Positions 23,156 to 36,180 of a stretch of DNA of 64,000 bases are shown here, piece by piece. The DNA lies in contig CM075977.1 in the NCBI GenBank assembly GCA_038087875.1, forward strand, positions 85,622,001 through 85,686,000, given 5' to 3'. Numbering within the stretch: position 1 is the stretch's first letter; each line of letters begins with the position of its first letter. Made by a program: the position numbers and the translations under genes. The DNA is from Malacoraja senta (lineage: Eukaryota). The notes under the pieces are model-generated. The model worked only from the letters and a program-made list of their open reading frames with translations, searched no databases and was not told the origin of the DNA.

Positions 23156-26100
23156 CACTTAACCACCGGTTCTCCAGAAATGCTGCCTGACCCACTGAGT
23201 TACTCCAGCACTTTGCACCTTTTTTAAAAATTGAAAACAACTCGCAGGGCTTTCAAAGGAGAACTGGAGAGGTAATAATATCCAACACATTGGCATAAGG
23301 ATGCTGGGCCAAATTTCCGTAACAATTTTGATTCTTGGATTTTCTGAAAGTTGAGAAAGACAATCCTTAAAGTTAGAATGTGTTGAAATATTAGAATCTG
23401 ACACAAATATAATTTGAAGCAGAATTTATAAATTTACTTTAAAGGGCAATAGATGCTTGAAGATAACCAAAAATTAATAGACGTGAATGCCAAAGATTGC
23501 CGGATTTGGTCAGATAGATCACATGGAGAGATCATTGTGATTTCAGGGTAGAGAATATGACAAAATGAAAGGCTGGGTTGAAGGAGGCACTTTTCAAGGA
23601 AGGGTATTTTGATCATGGGTCTGCCACAACAAAAATAAGTAGCTTCCAAGTCCTGAGACATCAGGGACTACTGAGCAGACTTGATGAATTTGTTTTTACA
23701 GGCTGTGCTATTTCACAGCAACAGAAAAAAATAATCAGGTCAGCCTGTGACGTCGACTGTAGATTCACTGGAAGAAGGGTCGGTAATCAGGGCTCAGGGC
23801 TGAAGGTAGACCATTGTCCGAGCTAATGTTGCTAGTGGTGATGGAGATATGGGGTGGTCAAAATTCAAGACTGATTGATAAGTGGTGGGCGATGTAAGCA
23901 CCTTGAAGGGAGGAGAAGGTAATGGGTAAAGGAAGCTCTCCGAGTTGGTACCAGGCTGTGACTTGCTCATGGAGCTGCACAGCAGATAGTTTGAGTTTTC
24001 CCCACAACAGGCTCAACCTCAGAGTGATGTAACGTTATTAAATCTTGCTTGGGAATTCTGACTCATAAATAACCTCATCGACACAAGCAAAATTAGTGAT
24101 CAGACATGCCATGTCAGAATTTCAGGGAGATGTATGATATAATAATCACAATCCACTTTTGTTAGCAACAGAATTTCACAGATAGGGCACTCAAAAGCAC
24201 AGCATTCTTGCAACTAAAATACTAGTCCTGCATCTCAGATATGTTGTGAGAATTTATTTGTTGGAGTGAGAGAAGGAAAGATAGTAACAAGTAAACTAGG
24301 AGTAATTTGGATATATGTGGATCAATCTTCATTGATCTAAAATTACTTAATGTTACTTGGACCTTATAGGCCTTGTAGGAAAGTATCCTTCACAAATAAA
24401 GATAATTAGACACCAGTTCCGTCATACAGTCATTAAGCTAAAGTAGAATAAGTAATAACAGATAATGCTTGAACTATTTACTTTATACTGTTAAAAGAAA
24501 ATCACAAATATTACGTTAACACTAAGTTTTGGAGCTGTTCCCATGAATTGGAAATTTAACAATGTGTTACAATATGTTGTCATCAACGGTTTCGTTATTA
24601 GAACTCGTGCATATGAGCTGGAAGGTTTGTGTGTTCAAAATCTGGGCAGGTATTTCAACGTCGTACTGGTTAAACAATACTGTGATGACTCGGTCATTAA
24701 AATATGTCCCTATCTTCATTTAGATGTAAAGGATCTCATGGATGGAATGAATACTATGGGGACTGTTTTATAATCCCCGTGTCAGTATTTTTCTCTCAAT
24801 CAACCTCACTGAGAAGTCATGGTATTTTGTCATTCTTTCTCTGGGATCTTGCTGTGAAATATTTCATGGTATATTTCCTAAAACTTAAATGAAAACATCT
24901 AACTGGCTGTGAAGTACTTTTGAACAATCTGAGGTTAGAAAAAGAGCAACATGTACAAGTCTTTCATTGTATAAAAAGGTGAATTAATTAGAACTAGAAA
25001 ATTATAGGCAGGTAATTTTAACACAAATTATAGCAATGTTTTACATGAAGAGAAGCTTAACCTAGTCTCTGATAAAGGAAGCCTGACAACTCAACCTGAG
25101 TCAGGCCCATTGTTTTTTGATGAAGGAAGTCAGGTAGACATGATATACGAGGAGCTCAAGTTGGCAAAAGTTCTTTACATCTGTGCCTGACTGATGAGTA
25201 AGCACAGATGAGCTGGGCAGGCCATGTCCACAAAAGCTCCTAACACTCCCTTAACCCATCCTTAAAATCTTTCAACATAGAACCAGAGCTTGGGGAGTAT
25301 CTTGCTTATGATCTTCCCACCAGGTAAAGTCTTTGACCCATTGGAGCTGGTTAATGAACAGAGGAACCATGCAGAAGCAGGACAGAAGCCCAAGCAATGT
25401 ACATTTTGCAACCATGCAAGCAGCATCCCTTGCTCAAAGTCTCACGGATATCCTGCCACTGACCTATGACACAGGCAAGGATTTTATCTTTTGTACATCC
25501 GTCAATGTCAATTTGTGCTCTCAACTCAGCCTAACCCTCAGTAGTAAAGCCCTAAGCTGTGGCCCGAACCTGCTTAGCGAAATGTACCAACTAATGCCAA
25601 CTATTCAACTGTAGCATAATGATTGTGCGACAGGACTGGTGTCTAATTATCTTTATTTGTGAAAACTACTTTCCTCCAAGGCCTATAAAGCCCAAGTAAC
25701 ATTAAGTTATTTTGAATCAATGAAGATTGATCCATATATATCCAAATTACTTCGAGTTTAACTTTGAACTTAGAGGTCATGCAGTGATGAATATTTAAAA
25801 AAAAACCATGTTACAGAGTCCTTGTGTATGGTTATGCCTTTGTGGATTGGTGGGCAGATATTTGGCAGAATGATTTGGATAGAATGTAATGATAAACAAG
25901 TTATGTTACATCCTTTTGTTTCTACCAACTTTATAAGTGATCAGAATGAAGTTATTGGGGAAACAGTCCCGCTACTGGTCAATGAAACAAGAATACATCT
26001 AGATGTTTGGACCTTGGGTAAAGGAGTGTGCAGATGGAATGAGATGTTCAGTGGGGATATATGTATTGAAGATATGTTTCAATGCAAGCAAGTGCAACCA

Positions 26101-26339
26101 AGAACCATTTTGTTTGTTCCACATTATGTGGCATTGTATGCTTAAAAGGTTTAAGTAGGAGAAAATGTTTTGAATCAACGAGTGCTCCTGATTAATGTTC
26201 AAACCTGGCGCAAAAGTGAAATCAGTGCCACGATTCATATCTCAGACAATAAAATAACTTCAATTGGAAATAAGATGCTTACCTTAGCCCGGGACTACAC
26301 ACACCACCATATATATGCCATCCTCTGAGTTAAAATGTT

Positions 26340-26752
26340 GCCTAAAAATCTCTCCCCTCTCACCTTAAATCTATGCCTGCTATTTCCAGATTCCCCAACT
26401 CTGGGAAAAAGACTGTATGCATTCTAATGCCCTCATGGTTTTATGCATTTCCATTAGATCAGCCCTCAGTCATCTACTCCACAAGATATAAAGTCCTTGC
26501 CTGCCAAACCTCTCCCTGAAACTCATTTCTGTTAAACCCAGCAACATTCTCAGAAATAATTTCTGCATTACTTCCAGCAGAATGGCATCTTTCCTACAGC
26601 AGGGTGACCAAAACTGAACACAAAACGCCAAGTGTGGCCTCATTAGCATCCCATACAATTGCAACATAATCTCCCGACTTCTATACTCAGTGCCCTGACT
26701 GATGAAGACTAGTATGCCAAAAGCCTTCTTCACCATGCTATCCACCTGCCTC
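26340..26752 (-). mobile_element. CR1 LINE fragment
   Basis: VKKAFGILVFISQGTEYRSREIMLQLY..LMRPHL.FCVQFWSP. Confidence 0.85.
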
Positions 26753-27039
26753 AAAAAAAAATGTGAATTATACCATGTTACAGCTCTAAGACAGAGACAT
26801 ATTCAATTGGCAAATGCTGAATTGCTTCACATTGGGCTCGGTAACTGTATGCCTTTGTGAATGGAAATGTGCAACTTCCGCTCTCATCTGGCTGTGTTTT
26901 CATGTTAGTGGTGCCAGAGTTTCTACTCTTCCTAAGCACTGTTCCTGGATAACAATAATTCAGGTGCCCAGTCCTGGGCCCAGCCAATAGACCTAATCAC
27001 AACAAAGCTTCACCAGTGCCTCTGCATTCTTAGAAATGT

Positions 27040-27617
27040 AAAGATATTCAGATGTCACCGAATATTCAAACATCTCCAGACGCGCTGTAGAAAATATCTT
27101 GGTTGTTGCATATACTCTGATAACCAATTCCGACACGCAGTAATGTGAGAGGCTACAGACAGAGGTGGACTTAGCCTGGTCCATCATGGGCACAGCCCTC
27201 TTCACCATTGAAAGCATCTACACGAAGCACTATCTCAAGCGGCTTCCATCATAAAGGATCCCCATCATCCGGGTTAGACGGCCTCTACCGTTGGACAGGA
27301 GGTATAGAAGTCTGACGTTGCACATCACCAGGTTCAGGACAGCCGCTTTCATATAACTATCAGGTTTTATAAACCAACCTCACAAACCTAATTCTGCTTT
27401 GGTAATAGAACACCTCTTCCACGACTATGGACTTGTTTTATAATTGTGCATTTTTGCACTATACTTTGCACAGACCTTTTGTAAAATTGATGGGCAATTT
27501 ATGTATAATTTGTTTTTTGTGCATCATCTATCTACCTATGATGCTGCTGCAAGCAACATTTTTGTTGTATCTGTACCTCAACATGCTTGTGCACATGACA
27601 ATAAACTCGACTTGAAC
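27040..27617 (+). mobile_element. Rex1-like LINE, 3' fragment
   Basis: Degenerate SIIKDPHHPG and RRYRSL...TTRFR motifs. Ends GCACATGACAATAAACTCGACTTGAAC. Confidence 0.7.
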
Positions 27618-27712
27618 TTCACAAGACCATTTTGAATACATAGTTTTACACCATCCAGGTCGTACTGTGCCTGTCGCATTTTTTGGGGGCAATTATAAGA
27701 TTCAGCACAGCT

Positions 27713-28056
27713 TAGTTTAGTTTAGTTTAGAGTTACAGCGCGGAAACAGGCTCTTCGGCCCGCTGAGTCCACACCGACCAGTGATCCCCGCACACTAACA
27801 CAATCCTATATACACTAGGGACAATTTACAATTTTACCAAGCCAATTAACATGCAAACCTGTATATCTTTGGAAAACGGAATTCCCGGAGAAAACAGAAC
27901 TCCCGGAGAAAACAAAACTTCCGGAGAAAACCCACGCAGGTCACGGGGAGAACGTACAAACACTGTACAGACAGCACCCGTAATCACTCAGGATTGAACC
28001 CGAGTCCCTGGCGCTGTAAGGTAGCAACTTTACCGCTGCACCACCGTACCACCCAC
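27713..28056 (-). mobile_element. tRNA-derived V-SINE (HE1-like), full length
   Basis: A/B-box head, V-domain, CR1-type tail with (CTAAA)n. TSD TCAGCACAGCT at 27702-27712 and 28057-28067. Confidence 0.9.
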
Positions 28057-29619
28057 TCAGCACAGCTACTGGAAATCATCCCAGAGTTTCCAATGGATGC
28101 ATGTTGACATGACTTTCAAGATGTGTGTCATTTTCAAATAATGCAACATATTAAATAATTTAATTTCAATGCCAAATTTGCAGTATAATTAGAGTTTCAC
28201 TTACCAAAAGAGTAAATAAACTTTGTAGATTTAAACCTAATAGCCTTATTCAAGTCCATTAATATTCCTGCAGTACAGTTTGTTTATAGGCTTGGGCATT
28301 AAACAAATGATATAATAATATTTTTATTCGTCATAATGTTGCCCAGTTTGTTTGAAGGCAATCTGCATATCCATCCCAAAGTTTCGTTGTTTTTCAGCAT
28401 GTAGCCAATTTAACAAGTGCAAGGTAATGAGATGGAATTTATGTAATCTTTCAACACAGGGGATTGAGGCACAGGCTCAAGTTTCCATTATCTCCATTAC
28501 AAGGCAATGGTAAATGACATTTATTGATCAAAGAAAAGCTGAAGAGCTCAAGCTCTCCCCAGTGCTCCATCCAACACGACTGATCCAAACTTTTCAATTT
28601 ATTTAACTGAAGCTTGAATTACAGCTGCAATAGATTTATTAGCACAAACAACTTAGTGCAACTTTCTTTGTTTTCTTTAAATGGTTCAGTGATACAGTAT
28701 GTAGCCATTTAAAAAAGATGACATGCATTAAAAAATTATCTTATGTGTGTCTTTTTATATTATGATTCTTTGTAACTGCATAACATAAACATTGTTGATT
28801 ATCCATGGTAGATATATTAAAATTATTTTCACAATTTACCAAGATATCAGTCACCATCTCTGAACAAACAGTAAGACTGAAGGTTCACATGTAATCTTCA
28901 GCTGTAGGGGCGGGGGTTTGATGTGGAGAATTATTCATCTTGATTCTGATACATGGACTAGTCAACTGTTCAAGGGCGGGCTAGATCCCCCAGGAGTGCA
29001 GAGGATTCCTTGGAATTCTGATGTGAAAATGGGGCACTGGCATAACAGTACTATGGCACCACAAAAGTGCTTGAGAAATCTCTGAGTTTGCCAGGTGGCC
29101 AGCCCATCGCTGTAACTGTTGAATTACAGAGTATAATTATCAAGGGCAAAGTCCAATTAAGTCTCATCTATGTAGCTGAGCAACAGAATAAACAAAGAAA
29201 TCAAAGTGAAAAGGTATGGGACACATTCAGTCACCATTACATATCAGAAGTAATATAGCAGCTTTATGGAACATAATAAGAACACTCATTTTAGTTTGCA
29301 CAATTGCATAGATCTAATTTGTCTTTCTCTTTGCCATTTTTGAATCTCCACGCACAACTGATGCTGTAGAGCTTTCTGTAATGGCAATGAATAAAACGCT
29401 TTCTCGATATGTTCTGGAATTTCCACGACCTCCTTACTAAAGCCTTAATAAAGCCTTCTAGATTTGCCGCAACGTAAGCTCCAGTCTTTTTTCTCTTAAA
29501 AATATATTTGGAAAAAAATACACACTCTCACAATTGAATCTATTTTTAAATCACATCTACAACAATAACAATAAACTATATGAATGGTCCGTTCTGTGAA
29601 TAATAGCCCAATATGATTC

Positions 29620-30050
29620 AGAGGAACCTTATCAAAAGCACGGTGAAAAAGCTGGGTTTTGAGGCACATTTTAAAAGAGAGTGAGAAAGAGAGGCAGGGA
29701 GTTTCAAGGGAATTCCAGAGCCAAGAACACAATAACTAAAGTGATTAATATGAAGGATGATTGAAAAGCTGAATCTGGAGCAGTGCAAAAACTGCAAGGT
29801 TGAAGCGATGACTAAAACAGATAGATTTGAAGCTATAAAAGAATTTAAAAGCTATGATGAGAATTTTTAAGTAAAGATATTTCTTAAGCAGTGGCCAATG
29901 TAAGTCAGCAAATGCAGGATTGAACAGTTAAAAATAGCAGACAGTATTTGATTGGACACCAGGAACAGAGCTTTGGATAATATGAGGTATAGAGTTTTAA
30001 ATGTGGAAGATGTTAGCAAATTTATGTCAAGAAGTAACAAAGTAACAGAC
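29620..30050 (-). mobile_element. Old L2-like LINE, 3' fragment
   Basis: LWNSL...SLSFKMCLKTQLFHRAF resembles the L2 ORF2 C-terminus. Confidence 0.55.
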
Positions 30051-32319
30051 TTTTCAAAACCACAAATGCTACCTCAGGGTGCTGATTCACCACCTCCACA
30101 ACCACAATCATGAAGAACAACACTCCACTACCTCTGCTACCCACCAGCAATGTCCAATCTTCATCCATTCATCTTCTGATCAGAGACAATTCCCATTCAC
30201 CTTCCCTCTTTCCCCCGAGATTGATCAGACTTACCCATTCCTCATGGCCTCCTCTGCACAGGCACAGTGGGAGGAGGAAAAGCCTTTCCTTTTGAATGGT
30301 CAATTCAGTAGAGTTCAATGCCTTGGTTCCAAGTGGTACTGCACTGAATTTAGAAGCAACAGACTTGAAGCAGAACTGCTGTACATACACCGCACAGTGA
30401 TGAACATATTGTACCTCTGCATTTGCCACTTAATTTCTATTCCCTAGAAAGAATAAAAATTCTGGTCATTTTATGAATGGTAGCCATAATCATTTCTTGT
30501 GTTTTGCGCCACTGATGTTGGTTTACAGTATGTAACTGTGCTGAATGTTAATTTCTAACTACTGATATTGTGTTCACTGATTTGAAACAATTTTACATTG
30601 GTGGCTCTGTGAATTTCTTCCCTCCTTTTACGTTTTCTCTCTACCATGCACATTATTTCTGATTGAAGACAAAGAACCAGAAATATCTGCTTTCTTCTGA
30701 GCTCGCTACTAATAATCGCAGAAAACCACTAATAAGGTTTCCGAAGTACACATTTCCCCCACTCTCTACTGAAAGGATTTACCTTCATACTTCCTTATTA
30801 CTTGCAAGGAGTCACTCTTACAGTAGAGTCTATACCAACTCTGAGCCAGTTCCAACCCTGCATTAATTTCCCATTGAACTTCTCGCACTTCTTTTGTCCA
30901 TCTACAAGGACATAATCACTGCACTGAGGATCACAAGGTTATTTCTGCTTTTACCACTTCATAAGACCATCATTAGGATGACCAAGGATCTGCAGATGCT
31001 GGAAACATAGTGCCGGAATAACTCAGCAGGTTAGGCAGCTTCTGTCCTGACTGGTTGAACCAATACAAGTACATTCACCAAGTATCCAATGTCACAAGGA
31101 CACTGCATTAGATCTGCTTTATTGGATGGAACAACGTGTGTTGATGAGCTAAGGCCAATGTGCTGGCTCAGCTGAATAAATATAGAAAATTATTAAGGGT
31201 ATATCCCTCACAACAACGCCAAGAATTAAACGTTGGGATCATGTTTCAATGCAATAAGCTTATGGCTGAAAATAATAGATGGACTTTCAGTTTGACCCTG
31301 TGGGAAAGATAACATTCATGGCCTATTCACATCAAAGATATATCCTACTACAAAATAAGAATACATAATCAATATGATTAGAATAACTCATCATTTTGGT
31401 AACAACTTCCCAATGTTCTTTAAGAAGTTTTCAGGATTCAAGATAATACCAGTAAATATTTGCTTCTTAATCTACTACATACATTTTGCTTAACATTTGT
31501 TTTTAAAAGTTATTCTTTGTTGATTTCCAGTGTGAATAATATTTTAATAGTAAAACCAGAAATGCAATCAATTATAATATTGTACAAGAGTGAAATTTCA
31601 AAAGTAGGTATTTTAAGGACCTTATACCGTAAAAGGAACTTTACAAAATCACACATCCCTCAAGCAAGGTTTCTCACTGGAAATTCCAGATATGGAACAA
31701 TTATTTTGAGGGGCATGCATTCAAAATTGTCATTGCACAACCTGCATTGAAGATCCTAACAAGAGTGTAAATCCAAAAGTTGCTTCACAGACCATCAATT
31801 GCAAAACAGTATTTTTGTCTTTTTTTCAATTTAATAGATTTTTAATGTAGAATAAACACATGGGGTTGAAATAGATCACTTTAAGTTGTTGTTATTTTCT
31901 GCAGTTGGAAGTATAGGTCCACTTCTGATTTTCCGACACCCTTGGTTCCAGAGCCTTGCTGGAATACCCATTTTGCTGGACCAACAGAGGTCATGGCCTT
32001 GGGGGAGCTGAGATACCGGCCTGCAAAGTTGGCCTCGGAAGTCGGCTACAGGAACTGCCAGCTCTGGCCATTTTCAAGGGGACGCAATAAAGTAATTTTG
32101 TCCTTATTAAAGGAGGCGCTGGACCACCAGTTGCCAGAAAATTGCTGTTAAACCTGTATTTCAACATAATTCTTTATACAAAAGTAGACTTTTCCAATAT
32201 ATTATGCTCAAAAGCACATGGCATCTTATTACTTACCTGCTATTCTATTTAAATCATATGGCATTTTACTTACAGGTGGCCATAGTGTGAATAAATATAT
32301 GCTATATACTGAAAATGGC

Positions 32320-32702
32320 AAAGAACACAAAGTACTGGAGTAACTCAGCAGGTCAGGCAGCTTTTATGGAGGACATGATTAGGCAATGCTATAAGTCAGG
32401 ACAATTCAGGAAGAGAGCTCGGAACACGTTGAGGTGTGGGTGTAGGGCAACAAATGTAAGGCCTTTGCTGAGGACAGACCATTCTGTGTTAGAGATGGGG
32501 GGAGGTCGGGAGGGGGGGAGTGTGAGATGGGGCTGTGAAAACGTGACAAGGGTTGGGCCTTGGGTTGGTTAGACCCAGACTCTGAGGAGGTACTATGGAG
32601 GGAGGATGGGAGCTCAGAAGGGATTTCCTGCAGAGATGCTGCCTGACCCACGGAATTACTCCTCAACTATGCAAGTTTCCTGCACCTGCAGCTTCTTGCG
32701 TC
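32320..32702. mobile_element. Palindromic Penelope-like short element
   Basis: Left arm ACACAAAGTACTGGAGTAACTCAGCAGGTCAGGCAGC and inverted right arm GATGCTGCCTGACCCAC...CTGCAGCTTCTTGCGTCT around a G-rich centre. Confidence 0.55.
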
Positions 32703-33160
32703 TGAAGTGGCAGTCGGATCTCTTCTCCGGCGATCCCCGGCAAGGGATCCCAGGCTCCGGATGGTAAGTCCACACCCCTCCCATGGCTAAAAGCTCTGCA
32801 GACCACAGCCCCATGATGCCAAAGTCACCAGGCCAGCGATGGAAGCACTCCTTTCTGGCGACCCCCCGGCAAGGGTTCGCCCGCTCCACGATGGAAAAGT
32901 CCACGCTGCGCCCACTGCTGTAGCTCTGGGCCCGACTCCGGGAAAGGCTGCTCCAATCCACGCTGTTAGGCCGTGAGGGAGGCGACATGGAAAAAGTCGC
33001 CTCTCCGTCGAGGAGGCGACTGAAAGTGGTTTCCCCCTTTCCCCCCTCCCCCCACCACCACCCTCCACCCCCCACAAGACACACCAAGAGACACCCAAAC
33101 TAACATTTAGACACACCAAAAATGTCGGAATAACGAACACGCTGCTGGCAGGGCCCCACC
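32703..33160 (-). mobile_element. GC-rich non-coding retroelement, 5' and middle part
   Basis: Homologous to 47431-48172, sharing CCTAACAKCGTGGAKTGG, GGACTTACCATC and GATCCCTTGCCGGGGATCG blocks. Confidence 0.7.
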
Positions 33161-33429
33161 GACCCAATTTTGATTTGTTAAGAATGTATGTTCGGGCGTC
33201 TTTCCAAGACAGATTCCAGTACATATTGTACAAAGTAAGGGTTTTGGTTATGATTCAAAGTTCTTCTACCCCCTTATTAGATTTTGGTCAGGAAAATGTT
33301 ACACTTTTGGATCCCAGTCCATGTGAAGTTCACCAGTGGAAAAAGATAGAGATGCTGATTCCATGAGGATATCCAGTATAAAAATACAAAACCATAACAA
33401 CATGCATGATGCACATGCATTGAGATAGC

Positions 33430-35165
33430 CAAGAGCTAATTAGAGATAGTCAGCATGGTTTTGTGCATGGGTGATTGTGTCTCACGACTCTATAAGTTCT
33501 TTGAAGATGTGACCAAAAACGTTGATGAGGACAGAACCATGGACGGTGTATATATGGATTTCTATACGGATTTCACCGCGGCATTTGATAAGGTTCCATG
33601 TGGTAGGCTGCTCTGCAAGGTTCGATCGCATGGAATCCAAGGAGAGATAGTTGAATGGATAAAAAATTGGCAGCATGGAAGGAATGCGGTTGTAGCCCCC
33701 GGAGATTCGGAGGCTACAACCGCGGGTCTGGCGGACGGCAACACCGGAAGCCCGTGGGTCCCTGGTGGGAGACCGCTTTTCGGGGCTTCCGCAGCTGCGA
33801 CTTCTCCCGCCCGAGTTGCGGGGTTGAAGAGCACCTGGAGCGGGGCTTTACATCATCCCCCCGCGCGGCTTGGAATGGCCGCGGGGCTTTGCGAGCGCAC
33901 GCCGGGGCTCTAACACCAAGACCCGGTGCGCGACCTTGCATCGCCCGGCGTGGCTTTAATGGCCGCGGGATAATCACCATCGCCCGCCGGGGGCTTTGAC
34001 TTTGACTCTGACTCTGACATCGGGGGGGGAGTGCAGTTGAGAGATACGTTTTTTTGCCTTCCATCACAGCGCTGTGATGGATGTATGTGTAAATTGTGTT
34101 GTGTCTCGGGTCTTCTTCCTTTTGTAATGTATGGCTGCAGAAACGACATTTCGTTTGGACCTCAACGGGGTCCAAATGACAAATAAATTGTATTGTATTG
34201 TATTGTATTGTAAGAAGAGGGTGATGGTGCAAGGTTGTTTTTTGGACTGGAAGCCTGTGACTAGTGGTGTGCCTCAGGGTTCAGTGCTGGGCCCATTGCT
34301 GTTTGTCATCTATATCAATGATTTGGATGAGAATGTACAAGGCATGATTTGCAAGTATGCAGATGACACTAAAGTAGGTGATATTGTAGCAAGGTGTTGC
34401 ATTTTGGGAATTGTAGCCAGGGCAGGACCTACACAGTGAATGGCAGCATTCCATGGAGTGTTGTAGAGCAGAGGGATGTAGGAGTGCAGGTACATAGTTC
34501 CTTGAAAGTGGCATCACAATTGGATATGGTGGTCAAGAAGGCTTTTGGTGAATTGCTCTTCATCGGTCAGAGAATCAAGTATAGAAGTTGGGAGGTCATG
34601 TTGCAGTTGTACAAGACATTGGTGAGGCTACATATAGAGTATTGTGTTTAGCATTGGTCACCCTGTTATAGGAAAGATATTGTTAAGCTGCAAATGGTGC
34701 AGAGATGTTGCCAGGACTCAAGGGCCTGAGGTACAGAGAGAGTGTTGAGCAGGCTAGGACTTTATTCCTTGGAGTGCAGGAGGATGAGGGGTTATCTTGT
34801 AGAGGTGTATAAGATCATGAGTGGAATAGATAGGGTAAATGTACAGAGTCTTTTACCCAAAGTAGGGGAATCAAGAACCAGAGGGCATAGGTTTAAGATG
34901 AGGGGGAAAAGATTTAATAGGAAACTGAGGAGCAGCTTTTTTACACAAAGAGTGGTAGGTATATGGAATGAGCTGCCAGAGGAGAGAGTTGAGACAGGTA
35001 CTATCACAATATTTGAACAATATTTGGAAAGGTACATGGATAGGATAGATTTAAAAGGATATGGGCCAAACACAGGCAGGTGGGACAAGTGAAGATTGGG
35101 CATGTTGGTCAGCATGGGCAAGTTGGGCCAAATGACCTGTTACTACACTGTATGACTCTATGACT
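33430..35165 (+). mobile_element. CR1 LINE 3' half, interrupted by a GC-rich element
   Basis: [35 protein letters not shown] and FFTQRVVGIWNELP motifs. Tail (TATGACTC)n. Confidence 0.9.
33685..34210 (+). mobile_element. GC-rich non-coding retroelement inserted in the CR1
   Basis: Splits the colinear CR1 RT. Perfect palindrome TCCATCACAGCGCTGTGATGGA at 34060-34081, terminal hairpin 34151-34179, AATAAA and a (TTGTA)n tail. Confidence 0.8.
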
Positions 35166-35231
35166 GTAACATGCTTAGATAATGTGGGTCCAACCAACAC
35201 ATATAATAACATGTGACAACTTGATAACTTT

Positions 35232-36180
35232 GTAAATGAGCTTGAACAATTATTATGTCATTTTCTCCAAGGTTATTGAATTTTGACTGTGTGCAAAGCC
35301 AATGAATATTTTGACCAGATAATTGTCATTTTCTGGCATGGGAAGATCAAGTTCTATATACGTATATGATGATTACCCAAGTGACAGCTTAATTTCAATC
35401 TTTGACAAAAACCATCAGAATAGCTGCTCTCAATGATATTAAAAAAAAGGAAATGCAAATATATAAATATCATTTTCAAAGCCATTGTTTCACATTGGGC
35501 TCTAGTTTAATGTGAAGATAAACAAGTGTTGGATTACCCCCTGTCATATATTCCTTGTCTAAATTCCATGCTTGTTTTGTACTACGTAATGTGCATTCAT
35601 GCCCAGTTTGACATCAGCACAAGTTGTGAAGTATAACTAGCCCATTTTGAAACTCAGACTATTTTGAAATCTAGGAATCTGACATAGGGAGCTGAAATTC
35701 TCTTCTAATGGATGACTTAAATAGCTTAATGTCACAAAGCTTTTTTCTAATGAATCAATTTTCTATAATTAGAAGTGGTTTTTGACAACTTTGTAACCCA
35801 AGTGGAAAATCCTATTGAGGCTTCCTTGATGGTAGGATAGTCAAGGAGAAGGTTGTACTACAGCATTCAGCACTCAGGGTCCATGAGCTGAAAAAAATAT
35901 GGAATATAGAAAATATGGAAACTGCATTATTTATCATCAACATTCAAATTAACAAATGAAGTATTTGTCAAATATTTCCACAATGTTATTTTCCATGCAG
36001 ATAATTACCCTTTGACTTAGTAGAGCCGTACTTCCAAAGTTGTACTCTATCCCTTTACCTTGACAAAGTATTCTTATGCCAGGAGTAAATTCTGGCCAAA
36101 ATATTAATTAGCTTTCCCCACAGTCAAAATTCAACAACCTTGGAGGAAATGACTTATAATAATTGTTCAAGCTCATTTAC
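35232..36180. repeat. Segment bounded by ~90-bp inverted repeats (old MITE-like element)
   Basis: 35232-35319 is the reverse complement of 36091-36180 with few mismatches and a 2-nt indel. Confidence 0.75.

Noticed and set aside
31862-32166. GTTGAAATA / TATTTCAAC inverted 9-mers around a GC-richer stretch
   Set aside because: Too short and lacking a TSD to call a MITE with confidence.
32995-33021. GCC-TCCTCGAC-GG resembles the P3/L3 of HDV-like ribozymes
   Set aside because: I could not build P1, P1.1, P4 or the catalytic C junction around it.
33482-34232. Overlapping ORFs on both strands
   Set aside because: They are chimeras of a CR1 RT fragment and a GC-rich non-coding insert.
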